Below are positions 34,321-47,060 of a stretch of 64,000 bases of DNA, piece by piece (position 1 is the stretch's first letter; every line of letters starts with the position of its first letter). The DNA is from Gracilinanus agilis (lineage: Eukaryota): contig NC_058130.1 in NCBI RefSeq assembly GCF_016433145.1, positions 708,556,629 to 708,620,628 of the forward strand, written 5' to 3'. The position numbers were made by a program, and so were the translations under genes. Under the pieces are notes generated by a model, which had not been told where the DNA came from, made no database searches, and saw only the letters and a list, made by a program, of their open reading frames with translations.

Positions 34321-35307
34321 CGTTTTAGTATCAGTTCTAAGACAGAAGAGCAGTAAGAACTAGGCAACTGGAGTGAAGTGGCTTGCCTAGGGTTATACAG
34401 TTAGGAAGTGTCCAAGACTGATTTGAACCCAGGTCTTCCTAATTCCAGACTTGGTACTCTATCCACTGTGCTACCTAGCTGCCCCCACCCCCCCATTTCG
34501 TCTTTTTATGGTGCAATCAAACTCTACTGTAATCACCTTCACTTCCCCAAATATAGCTTTTATTCCCTCTTATCTCAAGAGCCAGCTTCTGAATACCACT
34601 TTACTGTGTTACTGTGGAGTCTCCACCCCCAATTCTGAGGCAAAAGTTTATTGCATTCCCAACCCCCAAACCACCCAGTTTGCTGAAAGAGCTGAGGAGG
34701 GTGATTGATGATGTGTTGACAGTGGATAACTTCTCTGCTGGAGGTAGGGTGAGGAAATTTTGTGGAAGGCCACACAGTGCCAGAATCTCTGGAGTGCTCC
34801 CAAAAGCAACCAGCAAGGCAAGATAAAGAGAAAGGCCCCTGCTCTGGGACTCAGGAGTCCCACTTCTTGGCTCTGAAGCCTTGGGGAAGTTACCTCCCTT
34901 CTCTGATCCCCAAATCATTGTGTGTTGGCTATCTCACAGGGCCTCTGTGAGAAAAACGCTCTGTAAATCTTCATGTGCTACAGGAAAATATTTTGATGGA
35001 TCCTGATCTCATGGATGTAGCTGAATCCTTCTCCTATGTGATTCTCCTATATCTTTTCATATATCTTTCATAGAAGATCTACCCAATGCATTAGAGGCCT
35101 TCCTCTGGGACTTCTAATAACATCTGAGTTATATAGGCTTCAGGATTTAAAAAGGACTTCACATATTTTATTGCATTAGGTCTTATTTTTTTTTCTTCTA
35201 ATCTTTACCTTCTGTCTTAGTATCAATTCTAGGACAGAAGAGTGGCAAGGACTAGGTAAATAGGGTTAAGTGACTTGCTCAGGGTCACATAGCTAGGAAG
35301 TGTCTGA

Positions 35308-35480
35308 NNNNNNNNNNNNNNNNNNNNNNNNNNNNNNNNNNNNNNNNNNNNNNNNNNNNNNNNNNNNNNNNNNNNNNNNNNNNNNNNNNNNNNNNNNNNN
35401 NNNNNNNNNNNNNNNNNNNNNNNNNNNNNNNNNNNNNNNNNNNNNNNNNNNNNNNNNNNNNNNNNNNNNNNNNNNNNNNN
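35308..35480. other. Assembly gap (173 N) inside a SINE
   Basis: Run of N flanked by the two halves of one SINE. Confidence 1.
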
Positions 35481-36689
35481 TCTATCCACTGTGCTACCTA
35501 GTGCCACAAGCCATTGAACTTCTACACTCCTTAAGTTAGCTCTCTAGGACTTATCTCCAAAGTTATAGATTAGTCAATAGTCAAAATATATTAATTAAGT
35601 TATCTGCATATTGTATGTCCAGTTGTCCTTCAGTTGTGTCTGACTCTTTGCAACCCCATTTAAGAGTTTCCTTGGCAAAGACACTAGAGGAAACTGAGAC
35701 CGACAGATTTATAGTTAAGTGACTTACCCAGGGTCACCCAACTAGTAAGTATTGTAGGCCAGATTTGAACTTAGGAAGATGAGTCTTCTTAAATCTAGGA
35801 CTTTTGTCCTGCCACTGGACTTTGATGACTCTGGAAGAGAGAATGAGCCTGAGAACTTTGTGGAACTGCCTCATGTAAATTCAATTCATGCACAAGTCAA
35901 GACATCACCTCTTGATGTCACTGGTCCTCATCAAAAACAAAGGCTGAACAACAACCTCAAGGAAGTCATGGATAATAATAATAAAAAAAAAAGTCCCTAT
36001 ATACTCCAACATCCTGGGGTGGATAGAGAACATTTGTGAGCACCTATTTATTATGTGCCAGGCATTGTGCTAAGCCCTTACATTACAAGTATTATCTTAC
36101 TGAATCCTCACAACCCTGTGAGGCAGGTGCTAGCTATTATTATCCCCATTTTACAGAAAATGAGGTCTCATAGTAAGGATTTGAAGCTAGATTTGAGCTT
36201 AGGTCTTTCTGATTCAGTGTCTTCGACTCTGTCCTGTCCCTTACCCCTACACATTCAATCAATTACTTATTTTCAAAATATCTCTCGTTTTAATCCCCTC
36301 CCCAACACTCTTGAGGCCACTAAGAGAAGTTTAGGGCAGCCCTCCTCCATTATTCTACGTCTCCTAACTAGTCTCTTGGCTTCTAGCCTATTCTTCCCAA
36401 TCCATTCTCTGGGATACCTAGTTTTCCTAAGCATTACTCTATTAATGTTTTCTTATCTATTATGTGACTTGGCCAAGTTCACACAATAAATTTCTCTTTT
36501 TTTAAATTGAAATTCTTATTTTCTGTCTTAGTAATAACTCATATACAGGACAAGTGCTAGGCAATCAGGGTTAAGTGATTTGATCAGGGTCCTCTAGCTA
36601 GGTATTGTCTGAGGCCAAGCTTGAACCCAGGATCTCCAGTCTCTAGGCCTGGCATTGTATTCATTGGGCCATGTGGCTACTTCTCTTTG

Positions 36690-38880
36690 TTTTTAGCACT
36701 TTTTTTTCTCTCTTCTATTGTTATTTTTGTTTATTATTACAAATTACATGTAATAACAAATTTCCACAAAAATAGTCTGAGATTATATTATCAAAATTGT
36801 CTCCCTCTCTTCTTCCCTCCCCCACTAGTGGAACTGGCAAGCAATTCAGTCTGGGCTATACAATTTGGCAAAACATGTTTCCATATTACCATATTAGCCC
36901 GAATGTAGTGTGATGATTTTTCCTCCCAATATGTATCTTTGAAAGTTGTATTTGCACTATATTCAAGTACTTCTAGCTTTGAAGCCATAAGTTGTATATT
37001 ATGTGCCTCAGCATACGCAAAAAGCATGGCTTTCTCCTGGGGCAGATGGGAAATGCCAACCAAATGCCTCTTTGTTTTGATATTCTGGCAAATATCACCA
37101 TTAATACTAAAGGCGCCAATTCAGTGTTGATTAAAATTACTGAAAATGAGAAAACTAGAATGACCATGATGCTTACAGGCACAGCTGAAGGGCAAAAACT
37201 GACTCCTTACATAATTTAAAAAAAAAAAAAAGGAAATTTACCTTCAGGACTGATCTTTCATGTTCAGGAAAAGGGATGGATGAATGAAGAACTTGTGTTA
37301 GATTGGTTGAATATGGTCTGGAGTAGGTGTCCGGGTGTATTACTGTGTCAGAGAGGAATGCTCATACTCAATGTGATGGAAAAGGTGAAGAAGAAAATTG
37401 CTGAAATGGGCACAGACCTATAGTTGTTATTCCAGGAGGAATGATGTTGCAATTATAAGTGTTAGATGTAGTAATTAATAAGCCATTCAAAGATCATTTG
37501 AGGAAAGACTATCACGAGTGGATATTGGCTGGAAACCATGAATTTACTCCATCGGGAAAAATAAAGAAACCCTTGGTCATTGTATTAGAGAACTGAATCA
37601 AAACCACTTGGGACAAAATCTCCACCGAGTCCATTGTGCCTGGATTTAAAAAATGTTGCATGTCAAATAGTATGGATGGTAGTAAAGATGGTGTTTTATG
37701 GGAAGAAGAGGGTGACAACGATGACTCGAATGATGTTTCCACTTCAGGAGATGAGGAAATAGAAGAGGAAGGAGAACATGATGAAATACTGGAAGGTAGT
37801 ATCTCACAAGTATCTGTAAAAGTAATACATATTTAATAAAAATATTGGCATTAAAACTTCTTTAATGTGTTTTCAGGACCTTGAAAAAATTTTGAATATA
37901 AAGTGCCTGCATTAGTCACAAGTTAATTTAAAAGAAGAAAATAAAATGGGTGTTTCCTCTTTCTGAGTTAGCCTTCAAAATCCTTGGGATGGCACTATAT
38001 TCAGGGTTGTATTATATTTGGGCTAATAATCATTTTTATAAGTGGATAATCTTATAAAACCAAAAGCCCCCAATACATATCCAAATAAACAAGTGATAAA
38101 TTATGTTTTCATCTGCATTTCTACTTCCAACAGTTCTTTCTCTGGAGGTGGATAGCATTCCTTTTCATAAGTTTATCAGAATTGCCTTGGATCATTGCTG
38201 AGAGTGACAAAGTCTATCACATTTGATCGTTCCATAATATTTCAGTTACTGTGTATAATGTTCTCCTGGTTCTACTTATTTCACTCTGTATCAGTTCATG
38301 TAGGTCTTTCCAACTCTTTCTGAAATTGTCCTGTTCATCATTCCTTATAGTACCACAGTATTCCATCACCATCATATACTACAACTTGCTCAGCCATTCC
38401 CCAACTGAGGGATATCCCTTTAGTTTCTAATTCTTTGCCACCAAAAAAAGAGCAACTATAATTATTTTTTTACAAGCAGGTCCTTTCCCATTTTTTTTCC
38501 TCTTTGGGATACAGACCTAGTAGTGTATATTACTGGATCAAAGGATATGCATTAAAAAAAAAAAACAACTTTACTTTCCATCTTATAATCAATACTGGGT
38601 ATTGGTTCCAAAGTAGAAGAGTGGTAAGGGCTAGATAATGAGGGTTAAGTGACTTGCCCAGGGTCACACAGCTAGGAAATATCTGAGGCCAAATTTGAAT
38701 CTAGGACCTCCTGTCTCCAGGTCTGGCTCTCAATCCACTGAGCTATCCAGTTGCCCCCTGCATTGTTTTATAGTCTATAGTTTTATAACATAATTCCAAG
38801 TTTCCATCCAGAATGATTGGATTGGTTCACAACTCTATCAGCAATGCATTAGTGTCCCAGTTTTGCCACATTGCACAGTA
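36690..38880 (-). mobile_element. L1 3' end (antisense), interrupted by a pogo transposon and a SINE
   Basis: Typical marsupial L1 3'-UTR text before 36886 and resuming after 38031 (ttctttctctggaggtggatagcatt ... ctcagccattccccaactgagg). Another L1 3' fragment at about 40470-40864. Confidence 0.7.
36889..38030 (+). mobile_element. pogo-superfamily (POGK/Passer-like) DNA transposon, internally deleted, with a decayed DDE_1 transposase
   Basis: Translates across stops and frameshifts as QMGNANQMPLCFD...KTRMTMML..AEGQKLTPYII...EKGWMNEELVLDWL..VW...VVIPGG...VLDVVINKPFKDHLR..Y..W...GFKKCCMSNSMDGSKDGVLWE. Left TIR CCATATTAGCCCGAATGTAGTGTGA follows a TA. Right TIR rc reads TATTAGCCCAAATATAATACAA. 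Confidence 0.88.
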
Positions 38881-38889
38881 CATTTCTGA

Positions 38890-39230
38890 GATGAGACTCT
38901 TCCTGTTACCGACTTCTTCACACTATAGCCATGATGCTATGCCATTCCATGGTTTACAGTTGCCACTGAGCTTCACCCAGACATTACAGTAAGATTTTAA
39001 CAAATGTTTATTGACTGACTCTTAACCAGATAGATATTTTGCGTTGGAGATAGTTTGAGATCATAATGAGTTATGCATAATTCTGCAGATGCAACCTTGC
39101 CCATTCTTTTCCTACTTCTTTGTGTCTAACTAACTTCATCTTCAGTGCCGGTCCAGAGCAGATGCACTGATAAGACCTACTCAATGATTGTCCCATATGG
39201 GCACACTCATCAGTCTGGGTAATATTAGAA
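38890..39230 (-). mobile_element. Highly decayed RTE-clade LINE fragment
   Basis: The reverse complement loosely resembles the RTE 3' ORF region (gtaggaaaagaatgggcaaggttgcatctgcagaattatgc...atgatctcaaact). No intact ORF. Confidence 0.4.
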
Positions 39231-40864
39231 ATTGTTATAATTAGAATAATCTTGAAAGACTGATTGTTGGAGGTAACAATATAAGTTTATTGATTACATC
39301 AGGTTCATTAATCAAGCCAACATCATATCTGATAAAGTGATATAGGTCTCCATGGCTCTCTCAGGGTCAGACAGTCTAATAAATAGATTTTTAGGAGCTC
39401 ATTCAACCCCTCCACTGACCATCCAATGACATCTTTAATTGGTGATAACTAATTAAAAAGTGGTCCATCAACCTATCCACTCCTCTCCATCCCCACAAGG
39501 AGACAGGTCAGGCAGGCCAGAAAAGAACCCTTGACTTCTTCATTTGTTAACCAAATTCTGTTAAGAAGGAAGGCATTCTTTGAAATTCTCAAGGATGAAG
39601 AAAATGTACCAGTAAACCAAGTGATATCTCTGACCCAGATCCCAGACATAGGAATACACAGTCATTCTCCCTAATAAATAGGAATTAATATAGTATATGA
39701 AAAATAAATTCTTACACAATAAAGTGGGAACAATATTGGTTAGGTAGAAATAGCATTAGATTGGGGAAGGGAAGGTTACATTCCATGACTTTATTAGTGT
39801 AATGTGGATACAGCCTTGGCTCAGGACAAGTGCCCTAATTCTGGGTCTGTTCTGCTCTTTGGGTTCTAGTCTGGTCATACTTCATCCAGAACCTAGGGGT
39901 GACTAATCATAGGATCATATATTTAGAGTTGGAAGAGGCTATTTGATTCAATAATTTAAGTTTTACAGATAGGGAAACTATGACCCAAAGAAGTTAGGTT
40001 ATTCAGAGCCAAGATCACACAATAAGTGGCAGAGGCAAGATCCCACCCCAGGTCCTCTGAGTCTAAACACTCCCTCTCACCAAGAGTCATCCCTTGTCCC
40101 TCAGATAGATTATTCCACCTGCTCCTTCCCAGCACAATCTTTCTTCCATATCAAGCCACCTTTCTTTGTTCTTCCCTCCAAGCTCAGGTGAAGAGCCACC
40201 CATTCTAAAAAGTCTTTCTGCTGCAGGTAGGTGGTTCAGTGGATTGAGATGGGAAGTCTAGGGTACAAATAAGGCCTCAAACACTACCTAGCTATGTGAC
40301 TGTGGACATGTCACTTAATCCCCATTGCATAGTTCTTATTGCTCTTTTGCATTAGGACCAATTATTGATTCTGAGACTGAAGGTAAGGGTTTAAAAAAAA
40401 GTCTTTCCAGACTATGTGTAAGTGAGGGATGGACTTATGAATTAATCTTTAGAGTCAGAAGGAACCTTAGATATAATTTTTTTCATTTCATTAATTTATT
40501 TTTTACATGTCAAGGCAATTTTAAATAATTATTTTCTGTCATTTTGCTATCCATGTTCCTGCTCTCTCTTCCTCTCCTCCCCACTCCTGAGATAGCAGGT
40601 AATATGATCTAGGTAATACATATGTATTCATGCAATGCGTATTTCCTTATTTGTCCTGTTTTGAAAGAAGACACATATCACTTACATAATAAAAAAACTC
40701 ACAAAGGAGATCAAGTGAAAATGGTCTCCTTCAATCTGCCTTCTGGACTCCATCAGTTCCTTCTATGGTAATGGATAGTGTTTTCCATCAAGAGTCTTGG
40801 AACGGTCTTGTATCCTTTCATTACTGGTAGTAAAGTTATTCCACTCAGATATCATTTAGTCCAG

Positions 40865-41348
40865 TGTAGAGCCCAGCTCTACAAATTTCTCATGGGTCAA
40901 GGAACCAGGATGAGAAAAATTATTCTGGGATTACAGGAGAGTAGAACTGACAGACTGATAGACAGACACACAGAAATCCTCTTGCTTACTAGTGACAAAG
41001 TTTAATGATTTGGGGTGCATACTTTATAGGGGAAATGAGGTAGGCTAAGGGATCAGGTAAACCTTTTGCACGGACAATGGTTAGTAATGATTTACAAGAT
41101 AGAGACAACGGATATAAATTACTTCAGTGGTTCTAAACAGAGTTTTCTATAGGTAATAATTCGATATGTCAATGTGTAAACATCTAATTAAGTTTCTCAT
41201 AGAATTCTTGCACCAGTGATTTCTTGGAAGGACATTTAGTATTTGGGAAGGAATTGGATTGAGTTCTCATACTGGGGGAAGGGGGAAGCTATGTGTCTGA
41301 CCTTCTAAACTATTTTACTTGGGCCTACTCTTACTACTGGGGGCTACA
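40865..41348 (-). mobile_element. ERV 3' LTR (484 bp)
   Basis: Minus strand begins TGTAGCCCC and ends GGGCTCTACA (TG..CA inverted termini). TATAAA at 41028-41023, ATTAAA at 41006-41001. A polypurine tract AAATAAAAAAGGAGCAGA (41366-41349) sits immediately upstream. Confidence 0.75.
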
Positions 41349-42130
41349 TCTGCTCCTTTTTTATTTAAGTTTTACAAATGAAGGCAAGGTAAGTGAGTGT
41401 TTGGTGTGTATAGATTGTGTAAGGATAGAAAGCTAAAATCCAATTCTATTTGCCTGGAAATGGAGCTTTTGAGATTTCATTTTTTACTAGGGTCTTTTTC
41501 AGAATATGTCCCAGAATATGCTGTGTGTGCTGTCCTTAGTGTTTTGTCATAGGCAGACATTTTCCCACAGCTTTAGTGTAAGAGCTAAGATGACTTCTAT
41601 TCAGGGGTCTTTTTTGGCCTCAAATCAGGTAGTCCAATCCCAGGGTTACTAAGACTGCCTCCCCAACAAGGCATTTCCTCTGAGCTTTTTGCATAGCCTT
41701 AGTTGGATTGTTAGGCTTGCTATGGCTTTCGTTGAGTCTCAAGGTCCTTTTGCCTTTATGACAAACATATCTACCACAGCTTAAGAGAGCTACTTTTATT
41801 AGGCTTGATTCTGTTAGCATCCAATTCTTGGTTCCATAAGCCAAGCAAATATTGACCTCTCCTTTACTTATAAGTCAAATTTGTTTAATTTCTAAGTGTC
41901 CATGCTTATTATGCTGCTAAAGATTATGTTCTGATATGGGTAATATGCCGGGGTCTGATATGTAACTTTTCTTCCTAATCAAATCTGCAATAAGTGTTTG
42001 GTGTAAGATGTTTGTGCTAAGTCTTGCTAAGTGTGGATCTATTATGCTGTGCTATCTTTTGGTGGAATAAGTGTGAGGTTAGATTGAGCTAATGGAAGGG
42101 GAAATACACTTTGAAAACTTACATTTGATA
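41349..42130 (-). mobile_element. Probable ERV internal remnant (3' env/untranslated region) attached to the LTR
   Basis: Contiguous with the PPT. Short hydrophobic Cys-containing frame SSLIKVALLSCGRYVCHK loosely resembles an env TM anchor. Confidence 0.4.
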
Positions 42131-45100
42131 CAGAAATAATTATAGCTATACATAATACAGAATACAAGGCTGAAATCATCATAAGTTACATTTTTCAAGG
42201 TAGCTGAACCACTACACTAGTAATAATTGAGCTAGGGTTAATAGTTAAGATCTATCAATCTTAGAGAGGCTTGCCACTTCCAGGGATTGTTCTGCCATGT
42301 GAACTGTCCTTTTGGCTTGTTTTCAAATCATGGGCTTGAGAATTTTGGTCTTTGGAGTGGTTATCTGGATTCAAATTTAGCCTCAGATACTTTCTAGCCA
42401 TGCCGCCCGAAAGGTACTTAACTTCAATTGCTTGGCCTTTACTATTCTTTTGCCTTGGAACCAATACTTAGAATTGATTCTGAAATTAAGATTGAAGGTT
42501 AAAATTAAAGAAAAAAATGACTTGGAGTTGGGAAGACCTGAGTTCAAATTCTACCTCAGACACATAATTTTTATGACCCTGTACAAATAATTTAATCTCT
42601 CTGTGCCTCTGTTTCCCCATCTATAAAATGGGGATAATAATGATGCCTAATATTATTATGCCCTCTGTTACTACCACTAATATTAGTGCCTCCTAGAGTT
42701 GTTGTGAGAATAAAATGAGATAACATATGTAAAATGCCCTATAAATGCTGGCTACTATTATTATATTTAGACTAAGTTCCTCATCTTCTATATGAAGGGA
42801 TTGGAGCAGAAAGAAGGAAAAAGAATTACCAGAGGACACAGAGAATAATTAGGGCTTCTCTCACTATACTACTCTGTTGGCCTGATGAAAAGTCCTCTCT
42901 TCCATTAGACCTAACCAGGTACCTTGATGAGCGATGGAGGAGAGGATCACTACTTTGCCCAAGAACTCAACAAAATTCCTCATTAATTTTCATGATAAAG
43001 TCCAGCTTTCTTACACTGGTATTCAAAGCCCTATACAATCCAGTCTCAGTCTACCTCATATCTTTCTCTACAAGAACCTCAATGAGGGCAAAACTGAGAT
43101 GAAAACAGGTTTCTTGATTCCCCTTCAAGGGTTATTTCTACTGTACAACAATTTTCCATCTTGTCTACCCTTGTTCAACTCTGGATCTAGGGGTGAAAAG
43201 GAAAGGCAATCTGGTCCAACTCACTCATTTTACAGAAGGAAAAATGGAGGCCCAGATTAAAGGAATGATTTGCCCCAGGTCACACAGGCAGGAACAGGGT
43301 CAGTATTTGAGTGTGTTTTCTTACACCAAGTCTAGTTGTTTTCTCAATCTAGACGGATGCTTGGGGATCAGTTGCTTTTAGTTCTGCAGAGGCAAAAGGC
43401 AGGAATCTTAGGGGTTCCTCATCTCCCCATCTAAGTCCTGGTCATCATACTCTGATGGCCCAGGGGGTCTGGGTATCCTGAATACCCAACCCTTCCCCTC
43501 TAGATTCCAGTAAACAGCCATTAAATTGAACCAAACAAAAGCTCCCTCCGGCTCAGTACTGTGGAATTTGAAACTCATGGCTGGTTTAGTTGAAAAATTC
43601 ATGAGCCGGACAGTTCTAGGGAGCAGCCAGAGAACAGAGGCTCCCTGTCTGTTCAGTAGCCCCTCCTCTTCCCTCCCCTGGCCTGGCCCTGGCAGGGGTA
43701 TGGGGTGGTATTGGTGAGTAAGGACTGCCCAGCTGTCTGCAGCCTCTGGTCCCTAGAGGTAGCTCTATAGCCTGGGGAATCACCCAGAAGTTTTTTGGGG
43801 GGAGGGAAGAGAAGAATTTCCTGGCCCCAGGCTGCAGAGTTATTGTATCTGTAAGGTTGCATAGCTGAAGCCTTACAGACCTGGAAAGCAGGGGACAGAG
43901 ATAGGGTGCATGAGTTTTAATTCTTGGGCTTATTTTCCTAAAGAGGTCTGGGGAAGCCATTTCTCTGCCCTGCCTCAGTTTCTTCTGCCCCCACAGGGAA
44001 ATAATAATAATTCACATCTGGAGAGCATTAAGGTTTACAAAACATTTCTTACTTAACAACCCTGTGAGGTAATATATCTGTATACTTACCCTTATAGCTC
44101 CCTATTGCCTTCTGGAAAAAAAAAAACAACAAACAAAAAACTCTTAGGTCTGGCATTTAAATCCTTTCTCAATCCAGCTCCAGTCAACCTTTTCAGCTTT
44201 ATTGCTTATTCTTCTTTAAGCAACTATGCCTATGTTCCTAGCAGTTTGGCCTACTTGTTGTCACATGTATGCAACAACCCATTTCTCTTCTCTGTGCCTT
44301 TGTAGAGGCCAGACACCTTGCCCAGAATTCTTTCCCACCTCGCCCCACATCATGGAATCAAATACTGATTCCTATGGAGTAATAGCCTAACCCCTGCCCC
44401 CAAGTTCCTTAGGAACTAACTCCTCCTTGGAAATGATTTTTCATTTATTGTTCTTCAGTTCTCTCTGACTCTTTTTGACCCCATTTTAGGAGAGGTTTTC
44501 TCTGCAAAGATACTGGACTGGTTGGCCATTTCCTTCTCCAGCTCATTTTACAGATGGGAAACTAAGGTAAACAGAGTTAAGTGTCTTGCCTAGGGTCACA
44601 CAGCCCGTTAGCATCTGAAGATGGATTAGAACTTAGAAAGATGAGTCTTCTTGACTCCAAACCCAGCATTTTACCCATTGTACCACCTCGAAATAAATTC
44701 ATTTTATTAATATTTTATATATTTCTGTGTTTGTATTGTTTCCCACAAGTAAGTTCCTTGAGAGTAGGGACTATTTCATTCTAGTCTTTGTATTTCCATT
44801 GTCTTACCACAATAGAACAGTGTTTGGCACATAGTATGCACTTAATACTTCTTGAAAATGGGGTAGGGCAGCTAGTTAGCTTAGTGGATAGAAAGCCATG
44901 CCTGAAGAGAGAAGGTCTTGGGTTCAAATATTGCCTCAGACTCGTCTAAGCCCAGGGAGTTCCTCTTACCATAACAGAAAGAGACCAACTTAAAATTAAG
45001 GTGACTGTAGACTTGGTGGCTACTAAACAACACCTGACCTTTTGGCTCTCCTTGGAAAGCACATTCACCTGGAGAAGATTATATGTTCCTATCTCTATGG

Positions 45101-46349
45101 ATGTCCCTGCTAACAGCTCCTGATTTGGGGGTGGACCAGACCTCAGAGGAGGTCGGAGGTGAGCCTTGGGCAAAATGAAGCAATATCAGAGCTCTGGATT
45201 CCTTCTTCAGTGATCTTATCTGGCCCCACTTCTCTGACACCTGGGGGTATGGTAGAAAGACCTGGAATTGCAATTTAGGAGGCTAAGATTCTAATATGGG
45301 ATCCAATTTCTGCCTCTGATTCCTATGTCATTGGGCTTCAATTTCTTTGTCTGAAAAACGGGAGGGAGAAAGACAGTGTTGTTTCAGTGCAATGTGCAAG
45401 AGACCTGGGTTTTAGTTTTCATTTTACTATGAACAACATAACCGCAGAATTAATAGCAATTCCCACCCTAGAACAGGAATCCTCTCAATGCTATTCCCCA
45501 ACAAATCTGGAGGACCTCAAATGATGGTGAACCTCAGTCAGTTGGTCAATAAGCATTTATTATTATTGTTATTATTATTATTATGTTGTCATTAATTTAA
45601 ACTCTTACCTTCTGGGTTATATTCATCTGTTCTTCAGCAGAAAGAAGAGCAGTAAGAGCTAGGCAATTGAGGTTAAGTGACTTGTCCAGGGTGACACAGC
45701 TGGGAAGTGTCTGAGACCAGATTTAAATACGGGATTCCAATTTCTAGGCTTGGCTCTCATACACTGAGTCACCTAGCTGCCCCTCTTTATGCATTTATTA
45801 AATGCCTACTATGTGCTAGGTGCTGTTCTAAGCTTCAGTCTGCCTCTCTTGCCATTTTCCATTATCGCTACCACTTGTGGTCTTTAGGAAGAAGCAGCAC
45901 AAATGGACTCTCTTTTCCACTACTTAAAAGATATTGCCTGCTTTTTGACCTGCTGTTGAATGACACTCCGCAGGTTGCTTCAGTCTATCCTTTGGTTTCC
46001 AGATCTACGGTCTCTGAACCTCATCGAGGTTCTCCCTAAACTGTGGGTTTAGAACTTTAGAAAGGAAACTACAAGTGTGAGTTTGTCCAGGTCAAGAATA
46101 TGGAGAAGAAACTTTTCTTCCCTGGGCCTCATTTTCCCCATCTGTTAAATGATGAAGTTGGACACAGATTGCAGTGGGGATTCTTTTTTTCAGATGTGAG
46201 TTAGCATATCAAGGTCCCTACCATCTCTGAAATTGCCTTATTTGGTGAAGATAGATAAAATCCGATCTAGTTAGGGTATTCGGAGATTTTACAACCAGGT
46301 GATGGTTAAACCCCTTCTTCCTCCGAGATTGTGAATTAGGGATGGGCCC

Positions 46350-47060
46350 CAATAGGTCCAGGGCTCCTCCCCCGCCCCCGCCCGCTCCCCAGTCTCATTG
46401 GAGGGGCCGTAGGGGGCGGGTAGCATCACTTAGACTCCCGCCACCTCTTGCTCCAGCCAGCTAGGGCTGGGGCAGCCTGCGATCTTTACGCCCCTTGCCT
46501 CCTCCACCATGGAGGATGGCCGAAAGGAGTCTGAAGGACCCTACGGTAAGATCTAGTCCTCCTTTCCCCGCCGAGGGCGGCCCTCGTTATACCGGAGTAG
46601 AGGGGAGGCAGGACTGTCGCTGGAAGGCATCCTGAGCCAGGGATGGGGGTGGGGCAGCGGAGAGGGGTCCAGAGTGCCAGATATATTCCTGACCAGTTCT
46701 CGGAGACACGTGTACAGCCCGGGGGCTCTGGGGTAGGTTTGCCAAAACACCCGGATCCCCAATATCCCAGTCTATGATAGCGCATGCTCCACTGAGGAAG
46801 GGGCCCGTTATCCGTGCGGCTTGGAAGCTGCCCAGCAGCAGGGAGCTGGGACCCTGCGCTTATCTTGAGTCTTGAAGCGGGATAAAACTGGGATCCTGAA
46901 CCCTAGTGCCTCGCGGGCCCGTCACCTGATGTCTGGCATTTCCCCTTGGCACAGAGAGGGAAACTGAGGCGACGGAGGAGACAAAGGACCTCTCCAAGGC
47001 CCCAGAACTAGGCGGTGGCTGCCTCGGGTCCCCAGAGTCCCGACCCAACGCTGGGAAACT
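46350..47060 (+). promoter_or_regulatory. CpG island / SLC44A2 distal promoter (CCAAT 46349-46353, GC boxes 46369-46420)
   Basis: CpG-rich, with Sp/KLF boxes just upstream of exon 1a. Confidence 0.75.
46509..46545 (+). CDS. SLC44A2: SLC44A2 alternative distal first coding exon (MEDGRKESEGPY-G), splicing to exon 2 at 60657
   Basis: Strong Kozak CCACCATGG in a CpG island. 37-nt phase-1 exon ending in a G|GTAAG donor, same phase as exon 1b. Resembles the human MEDERKNGAYG isoform as I recall it. Confidence 0.88.

Noticed and set aside
35229-35539. ORFs spanning the N run
   Set aside because: Artefacts of the assembly gap. The SINE halves need only about 50 bp to join, so the gap size is unreliable.
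36055-36489. 144-aa ORF and similar intergenic ORFs (34089-34367, 42934-43260, 45707-46039)
   Set aside because: They run through MIR/L2/SINE or microsatellite sequence with no coding signature.
38880-39720. Unusual-looking sequence considered as a non-retroviral endogenous viral element
   Set aside because: No ORF or viral motif recognised, and part resembles decayed RTE LINE. A TBLASTX against viral proteins would settle it.
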